A DNA stretch of 35,656 bases from an uncultured bacterium. GTDB taxonomy: Bacteria; Hinthialibacterota; Hinthialibacteria; Hinthialibacterales; Hinthialibacteraceae. The position numbers and the translations under genes were made by a program. Shown here piece by piece: positions 26,971 to 35,656 of this stretch; position 1 is the stretch's first letter; the number at the start of each line of letters is the position of its first letter. The stretch spans positions 1 to 35,656 of the forward strand of contig CAYVAZ010000011.1 of assembly GCA_964449065.1 (NCBI GenBank), in the 5' to 3' direction. Under the pieces are notes generated by a model. It had not been told where the DNA came from and did not search any database. It saw only the letters and a list, made by a program, of their open reading frames with translations.

Positions 26971-28262
26971 ATACTCGTCCATAAATAAATTGAACAAATA
27001 AATTACCCATGCTATAATATCGGTATGGATAGAGAATTGGAAAATACTATACGCGAAAAATTTGTAGTGCTCAAGCCAATATTGGATGAACAAGCGCGAC
27101 GACTGTGGGCGGCCACGGAAGCGAAATCCTTGGGTCGTGGCGGAATTTCCATAGTGTCCCGAGCCACGGGGATTTCGCGTACAACCATTCACGAAGGGAT
27201 CAATCACTTGGCTGCGAATGAATCTCCTTCTCCTCAAAAGGGTGGACGGATTCGCCGTGCGGGTGGAGGTCGTAAACCGATTACGGAATACGATCCAACT
27301 GTATTGGCGGACCTGGAGCGGCTTGTAGAACCGGTCACACGCGGAGATCCAGAGTCCCCGTTGCGCTGGACCTGCAAGAGTGTACGCCAACTGTCGGCGG
27401 CTCTACAAGAGCGGGGACATGTGATCGGACGCCAAAAAACTGCACATCTTCTTTCGGAATTGGGGTACAGTTTGCAAGCGAATCGCAAGACCAAAGAAGG
27501 GAAACAACACCCGGACCGAGACGCTCAATTTCACTTCATTAGTGAACGTGTGACTCAGTTTCAGCGTCGCAAGCAACCGGTAATTTCTGTAGACACAAAG
27601 AAGAAGGAACTGGTGGGGGACTTTAAGAACACGGGGCGGGAATGGCGCCCAGAAGGAAATCCCGAACCCGTCCGCGTGCATGATTTCATGGATAAACAAA
27701 AGGGGAAAGCCAATCCCTATGGCGTCTATGATCCGATAGCCAATCAAGGCTGGGTGAGTGTAGGGACGGATTATGATACCGCAGAATTCGCAGTCGAGAG
27801 TATTCGCCGCTGGTGGAAGAAGATGGGGACAGACTTGTATCCAAACGCCAAAGAACTTTTAATCACAGCCGATTGCGGCGGCAGCAATGGGAACCGTATT
27901 CGGTTGTGGAAAGTGGCTTTGCAACAGTTCTCCAATGACACAGGATTGACGATAACGGTCAGCCATTTTCCGCCTGGGACCAGCAAATGGAATAAGATTG
28001 AACATCGGATGTTTTCTCACATTAGCATGAACTGGAGAGGAAAACTTCTAATCAGTCATGAAGTGATTGTGAATCTTATCGGGAATACGACAACCAAAAA
28101 CGGCTTGAAAATCCAGTCCGAAATTGACACCAATCAATACAAAAAAGGGATTAAAATTACAGACGAAGAACTGAATAACATCAATTTAATTAAAGACGAT
28201 TTTCATGGTGAATGGAACTATTCCATCGCCCAGAATTGTTTATGTTAATTATGGACAACTCC
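26971..28262 (+). mobile_element. ISAzo13-family insertion sequence
   Basis: Imperfect ~29-bp terminal IRs (atactcgtccataaataaattgaacaaat vs reverse complement ggagttgtccataattaacataaacaatt). TTA flanks both ends. Confidence 0.85.
27025..28248 (+). CDS. ISAzo13-family DDE transposase
   Basis: RIRRAGGGRK, GDPESPLRWT, HPDRDAQF, ISVDTKKKELVG, ADCGGSNG, PPGTSKWNKIEHRMFS, FHGEWNY. Confidence 0.95.
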   Translation: MDRELENTIREKFVVLKPILDEQARRLWAATEAKSLGRGGISIVSRATGISRTTIHEGINHLAANESPSPQKGGRIRRAGGGRKPITEYDPTVLADLERLVEPVTRGDPESPLRWTCKSVRQLSAALQERGHVIGRQKTAHLLSELGYSLQANRKTKEGKQHPDRDAQFHFISERVTQFQRRKQPVISVDTKKKELVGDFKNTGREWRPEGNPEPVRVHDFMDKQKGKANPYGVYDPIANQGWVSVGTDYDTAEFAVESIRRWWKKMGTDLYPNAKELLITADCGGSNGNRIRLWKVALQQFSNDTGLTITVSHFPPGTSKWNKIEHRMFSHISMNWRGKLLISHEVIVNLIGNTTTKNGLKIQSEIDTNQYKKGIKITDEELNNINLIKDDFHGEWNYSIAQNCLC

Positions 28263-28455
28263 TTAGTTAGAAAATGAGTACATTATACACTTACAAAACA
28301 AGGCAAGACTCTATCTTATTTACCCTCTGTTTTTGTCCAAAAAATGGGGAGTACCTCAATTGACAGAATAATTGACAAAAAAATTCTTGTAATATTATTG
28401 AAATTGATTTTAATGTTTCTCAATGTTAATGTCGGATCAATGTATGGATTAGAAA

Positions 28456-31400
28456 ATGATTTGTTATTTGCATAGATTATCTTCCTTGGTGAATGGATCC
28501 CTTTTTCTTCTTCTACCAATTTCTGCTTCTCTCTGTTCATCCATTCAATTTGATTCTCCCATAGAAATCACCACATCTTCAAAACAAATTATCGATATCC
28601 ATGCCATTGATATCGATCAAGATTCCGATTTGGATGTCTTCTATACAGCGCAAGACAGTTTCAAAGTTACATGGGTAGAGAATTTACAGCCGGAACATTC
28701 AATTTGGAACAACAATCCCATTGTTTTTGTTGGCACGCAAAGGCCGAAACAAGTGATATCTTTCGATATGGAAGGAGATGGAGATTTAGATGCCGTTTCG
28801 CATTATTTCAATACCGTTGCGATACATACCAACATAGATAATTACTTTTCAACAGATGAATATGCTTTTGATATGTTTGAAACGATTCGTGATCTAATTC
28901 CAGGAAAGATTGATCAGGATAGATATACAGATTTAGCGTTGCTCGCAGAAAGAAATTTATACTGGCTGAAAAGAATCCCTGGTCAACCGTTCGAATGGAG
29001 CGTGACTGCTCTAGGAAACGAGGTTGAATCTCCGGCTTTGATGAAATTATTGGATTTTGATTCAGACCGGGATTTGGATATTGTCATTGTTGATTCATCC
29101 GGCAAACTCTTTTGGCTTGAGAATGTCTCGTATGCCTCTCAATGGAATACGCATTTCATTGACGATGCGAATACATCAATTGGCTCTCTGCATGTGGAAG
29201 ACTTCACCGGCAACGGTAAACTCGATTTTCTTGTAGCAACGTTAGAAGGAAACCTTCTTTTGTTGGAACAATTTCCATCCACCTTCAAGGTCGGTAAACC
29301 ATCGAATTTGTATACTTCAATTGCAGGCGATGTTCAGATAAGTACGGCCGATTTGGATCAAGATGGTGATCTGGATATATTGTATTCTTCTCAAAGTCAA
29401 TCCAAGATAGGCTGGCTGGAAAATACGATTCGGGACAATAAACCTTGGCAAAACCATTCAATCACTTCGGATATTCCCAATCCGGTAAAAGCCGTTTCCG
29501 GTGATTTTGATAACGACGGCGGCATAGATGTAATGGCTGCTTATGAGGGCCATAAAAAACTGTACTTGTTTTCAAACACAACTCCACGAGATAGTATCAC
29601 CTTCGCACCTAAAAAAATTATCCATGAAGCCCCGCATCCCATTCACGACATCAACATAGCGGATACCGATGGAGATGGTGACCAGGATATTGCCGTAGGG
29701 TACGGACAGTATTGGATTGATACCATATCTCTACTGAACAACCGCTTTCCGGAGTGGTTTCCTAATCAGACCATTACCCATTTGGATACAGTGATTAGCC
29801 TTGAATTCGCATACATCAATCAAGATTCCTTTATTGATTTATTGCTATGGTATAGCCGCTTTAGCGAACTGTATGGTTTATACGGTCATAACTACTATCA
29901 GCAGCCTCATTTTCTCACACAATATTATGATATTATTTCCTTAATTGCTGCCGTGGGTGATTTTGACCGGGATCACGATATGGATATCATTGCTGCCGTG
30001 CAACTTTATGACGAATCATTTGTCATGAGTTTTAAAGATGAAGACTATGTGAAACAAAGAAAGAAAAAACGATCGAACTTAGTCTACTGTCAAAATCCGG
30101 GGAACAATCATCAGAGTTGGACGTTTCAACCCATCTCAACAACGTTGAATGAACCGCAAAAATACGCACGGGTTCTCGATTTTGATCAAGATGGCGATTT
30201 GGATTTTGTGATAGGGTTTGATCCCAGCAATCCCTATTCGGGTATCTCCTGGTTTGAAAACCGCTTGGATGAACAGAACAAATGGATTGAGCATATCATA
30301 ACCGGTCAGCGCTATGGTTATATGTCTTTTGACGTGGCCGACGTGAATCAAGATGGAAAGTATGATGTTCTGACATCGTCATCACAAGACAACAAATTGT
30401 CTTGGTGGATTCAAGAAAATGATCGGCAATGGACCGAATCGATCGTTGCCCATAGTCAAAATGGAATCAATTCCGTTGCCGTTCATGATTTTGACAAGGA
30501 TGGAGATGTGGATTTTGCCGTATCCGCTCAAGGGACTTCTTCCGTTTTATGGTATGAACAGCGAAACCGCCAATCCCAACAGTGGCATGAGCATTTCATC
30601 GCACAAGACATACCGGATACTCGCAAATTGATGACGGCCGATTTAAACCGGGACGGACTGATGGATTTAACCGGATTCTCCAAATCAGAGCGGCAAGTAT
30701 TTTGGTTTGAAAATCAGAATGATTCGAAAACCAATGGGTTCCCTTTCATAGCCGGATTGTTTATTCTTGCAGTGATAGGGGGGCTTTGGTTTTTCCTCCC
30801 AACATTATCCCGTACGATTCGTTCCGTAGCAGACCGCCTATCCGGCAGATATCAGCCCTATTCGCAAGGCGTGAGCGGTTTGCTTCATGCGTCTCCCATG
30901 GGAATGGTGACAGTCAATGCGGATTTAAAAATCGAATCGGTTCTCAATCCCGCGGCCATGAATCTCTTTAACTGGACTGACCATTCCGCGATTCCCGACA
31001 ACCTGCATCAATCCATCGTGGATGCGAACTCGTTTATCACAAAACTCCAGCAAACCAAGGAGTGGCAATTGTTCAACTGCCATGTGCAGCGGGATGACCA
31101 ATCCGTTCGGGATGTTCAGGTGATGGCTTCCAAGATCGACGAGAACGGGCATTCCAACAAATTTATGCTGATCATGGATGATGTGACCGAGCGGAAAAAC
31201 CTGGAACGCGCGGTGTTGGAAATCAGCGAGCGGGAACAGCGCAATATCGGCCACACCTTGCACGATCAAGTGGTGCAGGACTTAGCAGGAATCGCGAATA
31301 TGGGTGAAGTGTTGTTCCAAAAAATGCAGTCGAAGTCGGATGAAGACGCGGAATTCGTGAAACGCATTGTGAACCTGATTGACGAAACCATGAAACAAAC

Positions 31401-31827
31401 CCGCACCTTGGCCAAGGGATTGTCTCCAGTAGAACTGAATGATGTAGGTCTGATCAGCGCGTTGGAAGATATGGCGAAATCGGTTTCATCCTCCCATCCG
31501 ATTCAATGCGAAGTCACCGGAACCCGGGACATTGGAGAGATCAATGAAGATCAGGCAATCAATCTATACCGCATCGCGCAGGAAGCGGTGGCGAATGCCG
31601 TGAAACACGCGGATGCATCTTCCATTCGCATCGATTTGCAGCGCAGAGAAACCGAATTGCAGATCGCCGTGACCGACGATGGCATCGGATTTCAAAACGG
31701 AAATGGAAACGGCCAAGGCATGGGGATGCATATCATGAAGTACCGGTCGGACCTCATCCAAGCCGAATTGCAAATCGTGCGCGAATACGACACGACGAAA
31801 ATTGTTTGTACCATGCCGCTTCCGTGA
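28456..31827 (+). CDS. Sensor histidine kinase with extracytoplasmic FG-GAP/VCBS repeats, TM, PAS-like, HisKA_3 and HATPase domains
   Basis: About a dozen DxDxDGDxD repeats, TM FIAGLFILAVIGGLWFFL, DVTERK, EREQRNIGHTLHD, LYRIAQEAVANAVKHA, DDGIGF, GMGM. Confidence 0.9.
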   Translation: MICYLHRLSSLVNGSLFLLLPISASLCSSIQFDSPIEITTSSKQIIDIHAIDIDQDSDLDVFYTAQDSFKVTWVENLQPEHSIWNNNPIVFVGTQRPKQVISFDMEGDGDLDAVSHYFNTVAIHTNIDNYFSTDEYAFDMFETIRDLIPGKIDQDRYTDLALLAERNLYWLKRIPGQPFEWSVTALGNEVESPALMKLLDFDSDRDLDIVIVDSSGKLFWLENVSYASQWNTHFIDDANTSIGSLHVEDFTGNGKLDFLVATLEGNLLLLEQFPSTFKVGKPSNLYTSIAGDVQISTADLDQDGDLDILYSSQSQSKIGWLENTIRDNKPWQNHSITSDIPNPVKAVSGDFDNDGGIDVMAAYEGHKKLYLFSNTTPRDSITFAPKKIIHEAPHPIHDINIADTDGDGDQDIAVGYGQYWIDTISLLNNRFPEWFPNQTITHLDTVISLEFAYINQDSFIDLLLWYSRFSELYGLYGHNYYQQPHFLTQYYDIISLIAAVGDFDRDHDMDIIAAVQLYDESFVMSFKDEDYVKQRKKKRSNLVYCQNPGNNHQSWTFQPISTTLNEPQKYARVLDFDQDGDLDFVIGFDPSNPYSGISWFENRLDEQNKWIEHIITGQRYGYMSFDVADVNQDGKYDVLTSSSQDNKLSWWIQENDRQWTESIVAHSQNGINSVAVHDFDKDGDVDFAVSAQGTSSVLWYEQRNRQSQQWHEHFIAQDIPDTRKLMTADLNRDGLMDLTGFSKSERQVFWFENQNDSKTNGFPFIAGLFILAVIGGLWFFLPTLSRTIRSVADRLSGRYQPYSQGVSGLLHASPMGMVTVNADLKIESVLNPAAMNLFNWTDHSAIPDNLHQSIVDANSFITKLQQTKEWQLFNCHVQRDDQSVRDVQVMASKIDENGHSNKFMLIMDDVTERKNLERAVLEISEREQRNIGHTLHDQVVQDLAGIANMGEVLFQKMQSKSDEDAEFVKRIVNLIDETMKQTRTLAKGLSPVELNDVGLISALEDMAKSVSSSHPIQCEVTGTRDIGEINEDQAINLYRIAQEAVANAVKHADASSIRIDLQRRETELQIAVTDDGIGFQNGNGNGQGMGMHIMKYRSDLIQAELQIVREYDTTKIVCTMPLP

Positions 31828-31887
31828 TCCCTAGATTTATGGGCAGGTATTTCGTAGTCTGGTGTATCGTGCAGAACGAATCCAATC

Positions 31888-32562
31888 ATGATTGGTAATG
31901 GTATGAAAACTTCAACGTCAATAACGCGAATCTTGTTGGTTGATGATCATCCCATCGTGGTCGAAGGCTTATCGTTGGTGATTCAACAGCATAAGGCCTA
32001 TGAAATATGCGGCTATGCCAGGCGGCTGGATGCGGCGGTCGAGCAACTCAAAACCCTTCAACCGGATTTGATTCTGTTGGATATCTCACTGGAGAAGGGA
32101 AGCGGGATCGACCTGCTGAAATACATCAAGCAAAACCGTATACCCGTTTATACACTGGTCATTTCCATGCACGAAGAATCCATCTATATCGAACGGGCGA
32201 TGCGGGCGGGGGCCAACGGATATTTGGTGAAGCGCGAAGCCATCAATGATATTATGACGGCAATCGAATGTGTGTTGCAAAACAAAGTCTATTTAAGCCA
32301 AAGCGCCGTCGATCAATATGTCGCGCGTCCGGAACCGAAAGAAGTATCCACCATCAATCCCCGGGATGTTCTCAGCAAGCGGGAACTGCAAGTGTTTTAT
32401 CTGCTGGGTACTGGATACCGCAGAGCAGGGATTGCGGAAGAACTGTACGTGAGCGTGAAGACCATCGATACCCATTTGGAGAACATCAAGCGGAAACTGG
32501 AAATCAACTCTATCGAGGGCTTGTATCGGTACTCTGTTGAATATAGCCATGATCTAACCTGA
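31888..32562 (+). CDS. NarL/LuxR-family response regulator
   Basis: ILLVDDHPIV, LLDISL, GANGYLVK, LSKRELQV, SVKTIDTH. Confidence 0.94.
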   Translation: MIGNGMKTSTSITRILLVDDHPIVVEGLSLVIQQHKAYEICGYARRLDAAVEQLKTLQPDLILLDISLEKGSGIDLLKYIKQNRIPVYTLVISMHEESIYIERAMRAGANGYLVKREAINDIMTAIECVLQNKVYLSQSAVDQYVARPEPKEVSTINPRDVLSKRELQVFYLLGTGYRRAGIAEELYVSVKTIDTHLENIKRKLEINSIEGLYRYSVEYSHDLT

Positions 32563-32736
32563 CCTTAACCCGAATTAACTAACGGAATCATTAATTCTTC
32601 AATATTTTACTTAAATTAGGTAATTCTTCCGATATCTTTCTTCCCCGGTAATTGTTAACTTACCCCACTAATTCTTTATGTAGAACCAAATCACAAGTTC
32701 ATCATCCTTGTGCAAAACAGGATGATGCAGGGGAAA

Positions 32737-35656
32737 ATGACTATGCGCAGGCAATCGATTTTCAACTCTGTAGGTATGTTTCTGTTTATTCTATTTGTAA
32801 ATGCTAATAACGGTTGGACCGCTTTCCCAATCGCATCCGATTCAACTCATAATGTGATACAGCCGGTACCAAGTAGAATACAGTTGAGTGCACAAGATGC
32901 CGATTCTGATCCGCTAACCAGCACCATTACTTCACTTCCATCGCACGGAACAATTACGGGAACAACAACCGATCTCACCTACACCCCCAATTCCGGATTC
33001 ATCGGAACAGACACCTTCCAATACAAAGTGAATGACGGCGTGGCTGACAGCAACATCGCAACCGTCACCATAGAAGTGGTGAGTTATAAATGGCGTCTGG
33101 TTTCAGCAGGAGGAAGTATCCCTGATTACCCTGAATACCGCTCCGCCCATGCCATGGTTTACATCCCAACCACGAACAAAGTGTTGATGACGGGCGGATT
33201 TCATAACAGCACGATACGAAATGATACCTGGGAATGGGCGAACAACGCGTGGACAAAGGTCGGCACTTCCAATCCGTTTGATAACGGACGTTACAACCAC
33301 ACCATGGCGTATGATCCTATCCAGGATGAAGTGATTTTGTTTGGTGGATACAATTTTAATTCGGGAATCCATTTCAATGACACGTGGGTTTGGGATGGTA
33401 ATTCATGGACACAAACGTTTCCGGCTAACTCTCCGAGCGGCCGCCGCGGCCCCCGCATGGTGTTTGACGATGTACGGCAGAAGATTCTTCTATTTGGCGG
33501 TTTTGATGGCAGCATATACTACAACGATGTATGGGAATGGGACGGCACCAACTGGACCGAAGTCACGATTCCAGGAACCAAACCCAGTGCCCGAAAAGGC
33601 TCGGCGTTTATTTTCGATCAAGTGCTGGGCATCCCCATTATGGCTTCTGGTTGGAACGGCAGTTGGGCCGGTGAAACGTGGGCGTTGAATGGAAATGTTT
33701 GGAATCAATTGAGTTCGAACAGTCCATCACCAAGAGACGGTGCTGCCTTCGCTTATGATTCCTTGATTGAAACACCGATGATTTTTGGAGGTCAGTTAAA
33801 CAGCAATACTATTGGCGGAAATGATACGCTGATTTGGGATGGCAGTTCTTGGAGCCAACTCCCTCTATCTGGGCCGGATGGGCGCTGGTCTACGGCCATG
33901 GCGTACAACAGCACAGAGAACAAGATGGTGCTGTTTGGCGGCTTAAACAACTCGTTCGGATTTTTTAACGACACCTGGGAACTCTCTCTCAACGAGCCGC
34001 CCGTAGTTGAGGATGATACAAAAAAAGGCGCATCCAATTCATCCGTCACTGTGATTTTGTCCGCGACCGATGCCGATGATGACAACTCATTAACCTTCCG
34101 GATTGTCTCTCCTCCAGCCAACGGACAGATCAGCGGCACGACACCTGAACTCATCTACACACCAAATCCAGGGTTTGAGGGAATCGATACCTTCCAATAT
34201 GTCGCCAATGATGGCGCTGCCGACAGCAGCATCGCATCCGTGACGTTTGTAGTGGTTGAATACAACTGGGTGCAACAAACGCCCGCCAATTCTCCCTCAT
34301 CCCGCTGGACATTCGGTATTACGTATGTCGAGAGTATTGAAAAAATCTTTCTATTCGGCGGCGCCGTTGATAGCCTTATGCGTCCCGATACCACATGGCT
34401 TTGGGATGGAGAAAATTGGGAAGACATTACCGATCCAGCTGGACCTGTACCACGCAAAGCGGTTCACATCGCCTATGACAAAGACCGCGGCAAAGTGGTA
34501 TTGTTTGGCGGCAACACAGCCGAATCTAATACCAATTTCCGCGACGATACCTGGGAATGGGACAGCGCAAGCGGTTGGGTGGAGAAGTTTCCGGTAACCA
34601 AGCCTGGAGCAAGAAACTTTCACGGAATGGCATACGACGAAGTCCGTCAGAAAATCGTGTTGTTTGGCGGGCTGTCGGATGGAAACTCTCAAAACAATGA
34701 AGTGTGGGAATGGGATGGTGTAGACTGGACTCCTGTAACAATAACCAGTTCAAACAGTCCCGGTTCCAGGCATTGGCCGCCAATGGTATTTGATCCCATT
34801 CGGCAAGTGATTGTGTTGTTATCTGGATTTAATTTTTCCTTGGGAAGTTTGTCGGATACCTGGGAATTGGATGGAACCGAATGGACCAACAGAAATAGTT
34901 CCGGTCAACCCAGCCGCAGCCTTCATGCCGCGGCTTACGATACCTTTCTGGAACAAATGGTTATTTTTGGCGGGTGGAATAACTCCGGTACGATTTATGG
35001 GGATACCCGCTCATGGGATGGCGAAAACTGGCATTCTCATTCGTTCCCCGGTGGGAGCCCACCCGCACGGACTCATGTTTCCATGGCCTATGATAGCAAG
35101 CGCGGCAAGCATGTTCTCTTCGGCGGGCAAAACAACGGTAGTGTGAAAGGCGATACCTGGGAACTGGGACCAACAGGTGTAAACGAACCACCAATCGCCG
35201 ATGCAGGCGGCCCGTACATTGTTCATGATGGCGATGATCTAAACTTGGATGCCTCCGGGTCTGCCAGCGCGTTATTCGGCACCACCGAATTGCTGACTGG
35301 CTTTGAATGGGATTTAGACAACGACGGCAATTTTGATGACGGCACCGGCCAATTCGTAACGGTAACACCGGCAGAACAAACCGCGCTGGGCATTGGCTTA
35401 GGCACCCAAACCATCTCTTTAAAAGTAACGGATTACTTCGGCGAGACAGATACCGATTCTGCCGTTGCTAAAATTATTATACCCCCTACACAAGTTGCCA
35501 AACTGCTTGCCTCGGATGGCGCGGCGGGTGATGAATTTGGTGTTTCCGTCGCCGTTTCCGGCGATACGGCGGTGGTGGGAGCACTTAGGAATGATGACGC
35601 GGGCAGTGATTCCGGCTCGGCGTATGTGTTTGAACAAAGCGGCGGGGTGTGGACGC
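32737..35656 (+). CDS. Large secreted/surface protein: 2x(cadherin-like Ig + kelch propeller), PKD, FG-GAP repeats (partial)
   Basis: Not in the ORF track because it has no stop in the window. MTMRRQSIFNSVGMFLFILF signal, then DADSDPL...TYTPNSGFIGTDTFQYKVNDG, repeated LFGG/DTWEWDG, PPIADAGGPY...WDLDNDGNFDD, and KLLASDGAAGDEFGVSVAVSGDTAVVGA. Confidence 0.88.
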   Translation, partial: MTMRRQSIFNSVGMFLFILFVNANNGWTAFPIASDSTHNVIQPVPSRIQLSAQDADSDPLTSTITSLPSHGTITGTTTDLTYTPNSGFIGTDTFQYKVNDGVADSNIATVTIEVVSYKWRLVSAGGSIPDYPEYRSAHAMVYIPTTNKVLMTGGFHNSTIRNDTWEWANNAWTKVGTSNPFDNGRYNHTMAYDPIQDEVILFGGYNFNSGIHFNDTWVWDGNSWTQTFPANSPSGRRGPRMVFDDVRQKILLFGGFDGSIYYNDVWEWDGTNWTEVTIPGTKPSARKGSAFIFDQVLGIPIMASGWNGSWAGETWALNGNVWNQLSSNSPSPRDGAAFAYDSLIETPMIFGGQLNSNTIGGNDTLIWDGSSWSQLPLSGPDGRWSTAMAYNSTENKMVLFGGLNNSFGFFNDTWELSLNEPPVVEDDTKKGASNSSVTVILSATDADDDNSLTFRIVSPPANGQISGTTPELIYTPNPGFEGIDTFQYVANDGAADSSIASVTFVVVEYNWVQQTPANSPSSRWTFGITYVESIEKIFLFGGAVDSLMRPDTTWLWDGENWEDITDPAGPVPRKAVHIAYDKDRGKVVLFGGNTAESNTNFRDDTWEWDSASGWVEKFPVTKPGARNFHGMAYDEVRQKIVLFGGLSDGNSQNNEVWEWDGVDWTPVTITSSNSPGSRHWPPMVFDPIRQVIVLLSGFNFSLGSLSDTWELDGTEWTNRNSSGQPSRSLHAAAYDTFLEQMVIFGGWNNSGTIYGDTRSWDGENWHSHSFPGGSPPARTHVSMAYDSKRGKHVLFGGQNNGSVKGDTWELGPTGVNEPPIADAGGPYIVHDGDDLNLDASGSASALFGTTELLTGFEWDLDNDGNFDDGTGQFVTVTPAEQTALGIGLGTQTISLKVTDYFGETDTDSAVAKIIIPPTQVAKLLASDGAAGDEFGVSVAVSGDTAVVGALRNDDAGSDSGSAYVFEQSGGVWT

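Noticed and set aside
33065..35637. Short ORFs listed in the track over the last 2.6 kb
   Set aside because: Alternate-frame or antisense shadows of the long open frame starting at 32737.
1..35656. CRISPR array or rRNA
   Set aside because: No regularly spaced repeats and no rRNA-like sequence seen.

Overview
Bacterial chromosomal window, probably from a diderm environmental lineage. The 'GFTLIELLIVVAIIGILAAIAxPNF' pilins with 'TNGLxSxGD' tails resemble those of Hinthialibacterota/OLB16- or Sumerlaeota-like genomes (inference only). In order: a divergent kdkA / GT9 heptosyltransferase LPS pair; three prepilin-type genes with secreted neighbours, the third directly behind a cobalamin riboswitch that carries a ~100-nt structured insertion; two B12-binding radical SAM genes separated by toxin-antitoxin cargo (DUF3368/UPF0175, frameshifted DUF6338, HigBA) with a 68-bp duplication of one gene start; an MNT-HEPN fusion; a HAD hydrolase; three tandem paralogous coiled-coil genes sharing a basic C-terminal motif with a fourth gene; an ABC ATPase, fliW-csrA and a DUF554 gene; tRNA-Trp(CCA) followed by a decayed integrative element (truncated tyrosine integrase, DUF499-type ATPase remnant, ISAzo13-family IS); and an FG-GAP-repeat histidine kinase with a NarL-type regulator upstream of a large Ig/kelch/PKD/FG-GAP surface protein that runs off the window. 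The strongest candidates for new biology are the B12-riboswitch-controlled pilin, the coiled-coil paralog family, the gene-start duplication around a TA pair, and the FG-GAP kinase/adhesin locus. All family assignments come from motif recognition, not database searches.
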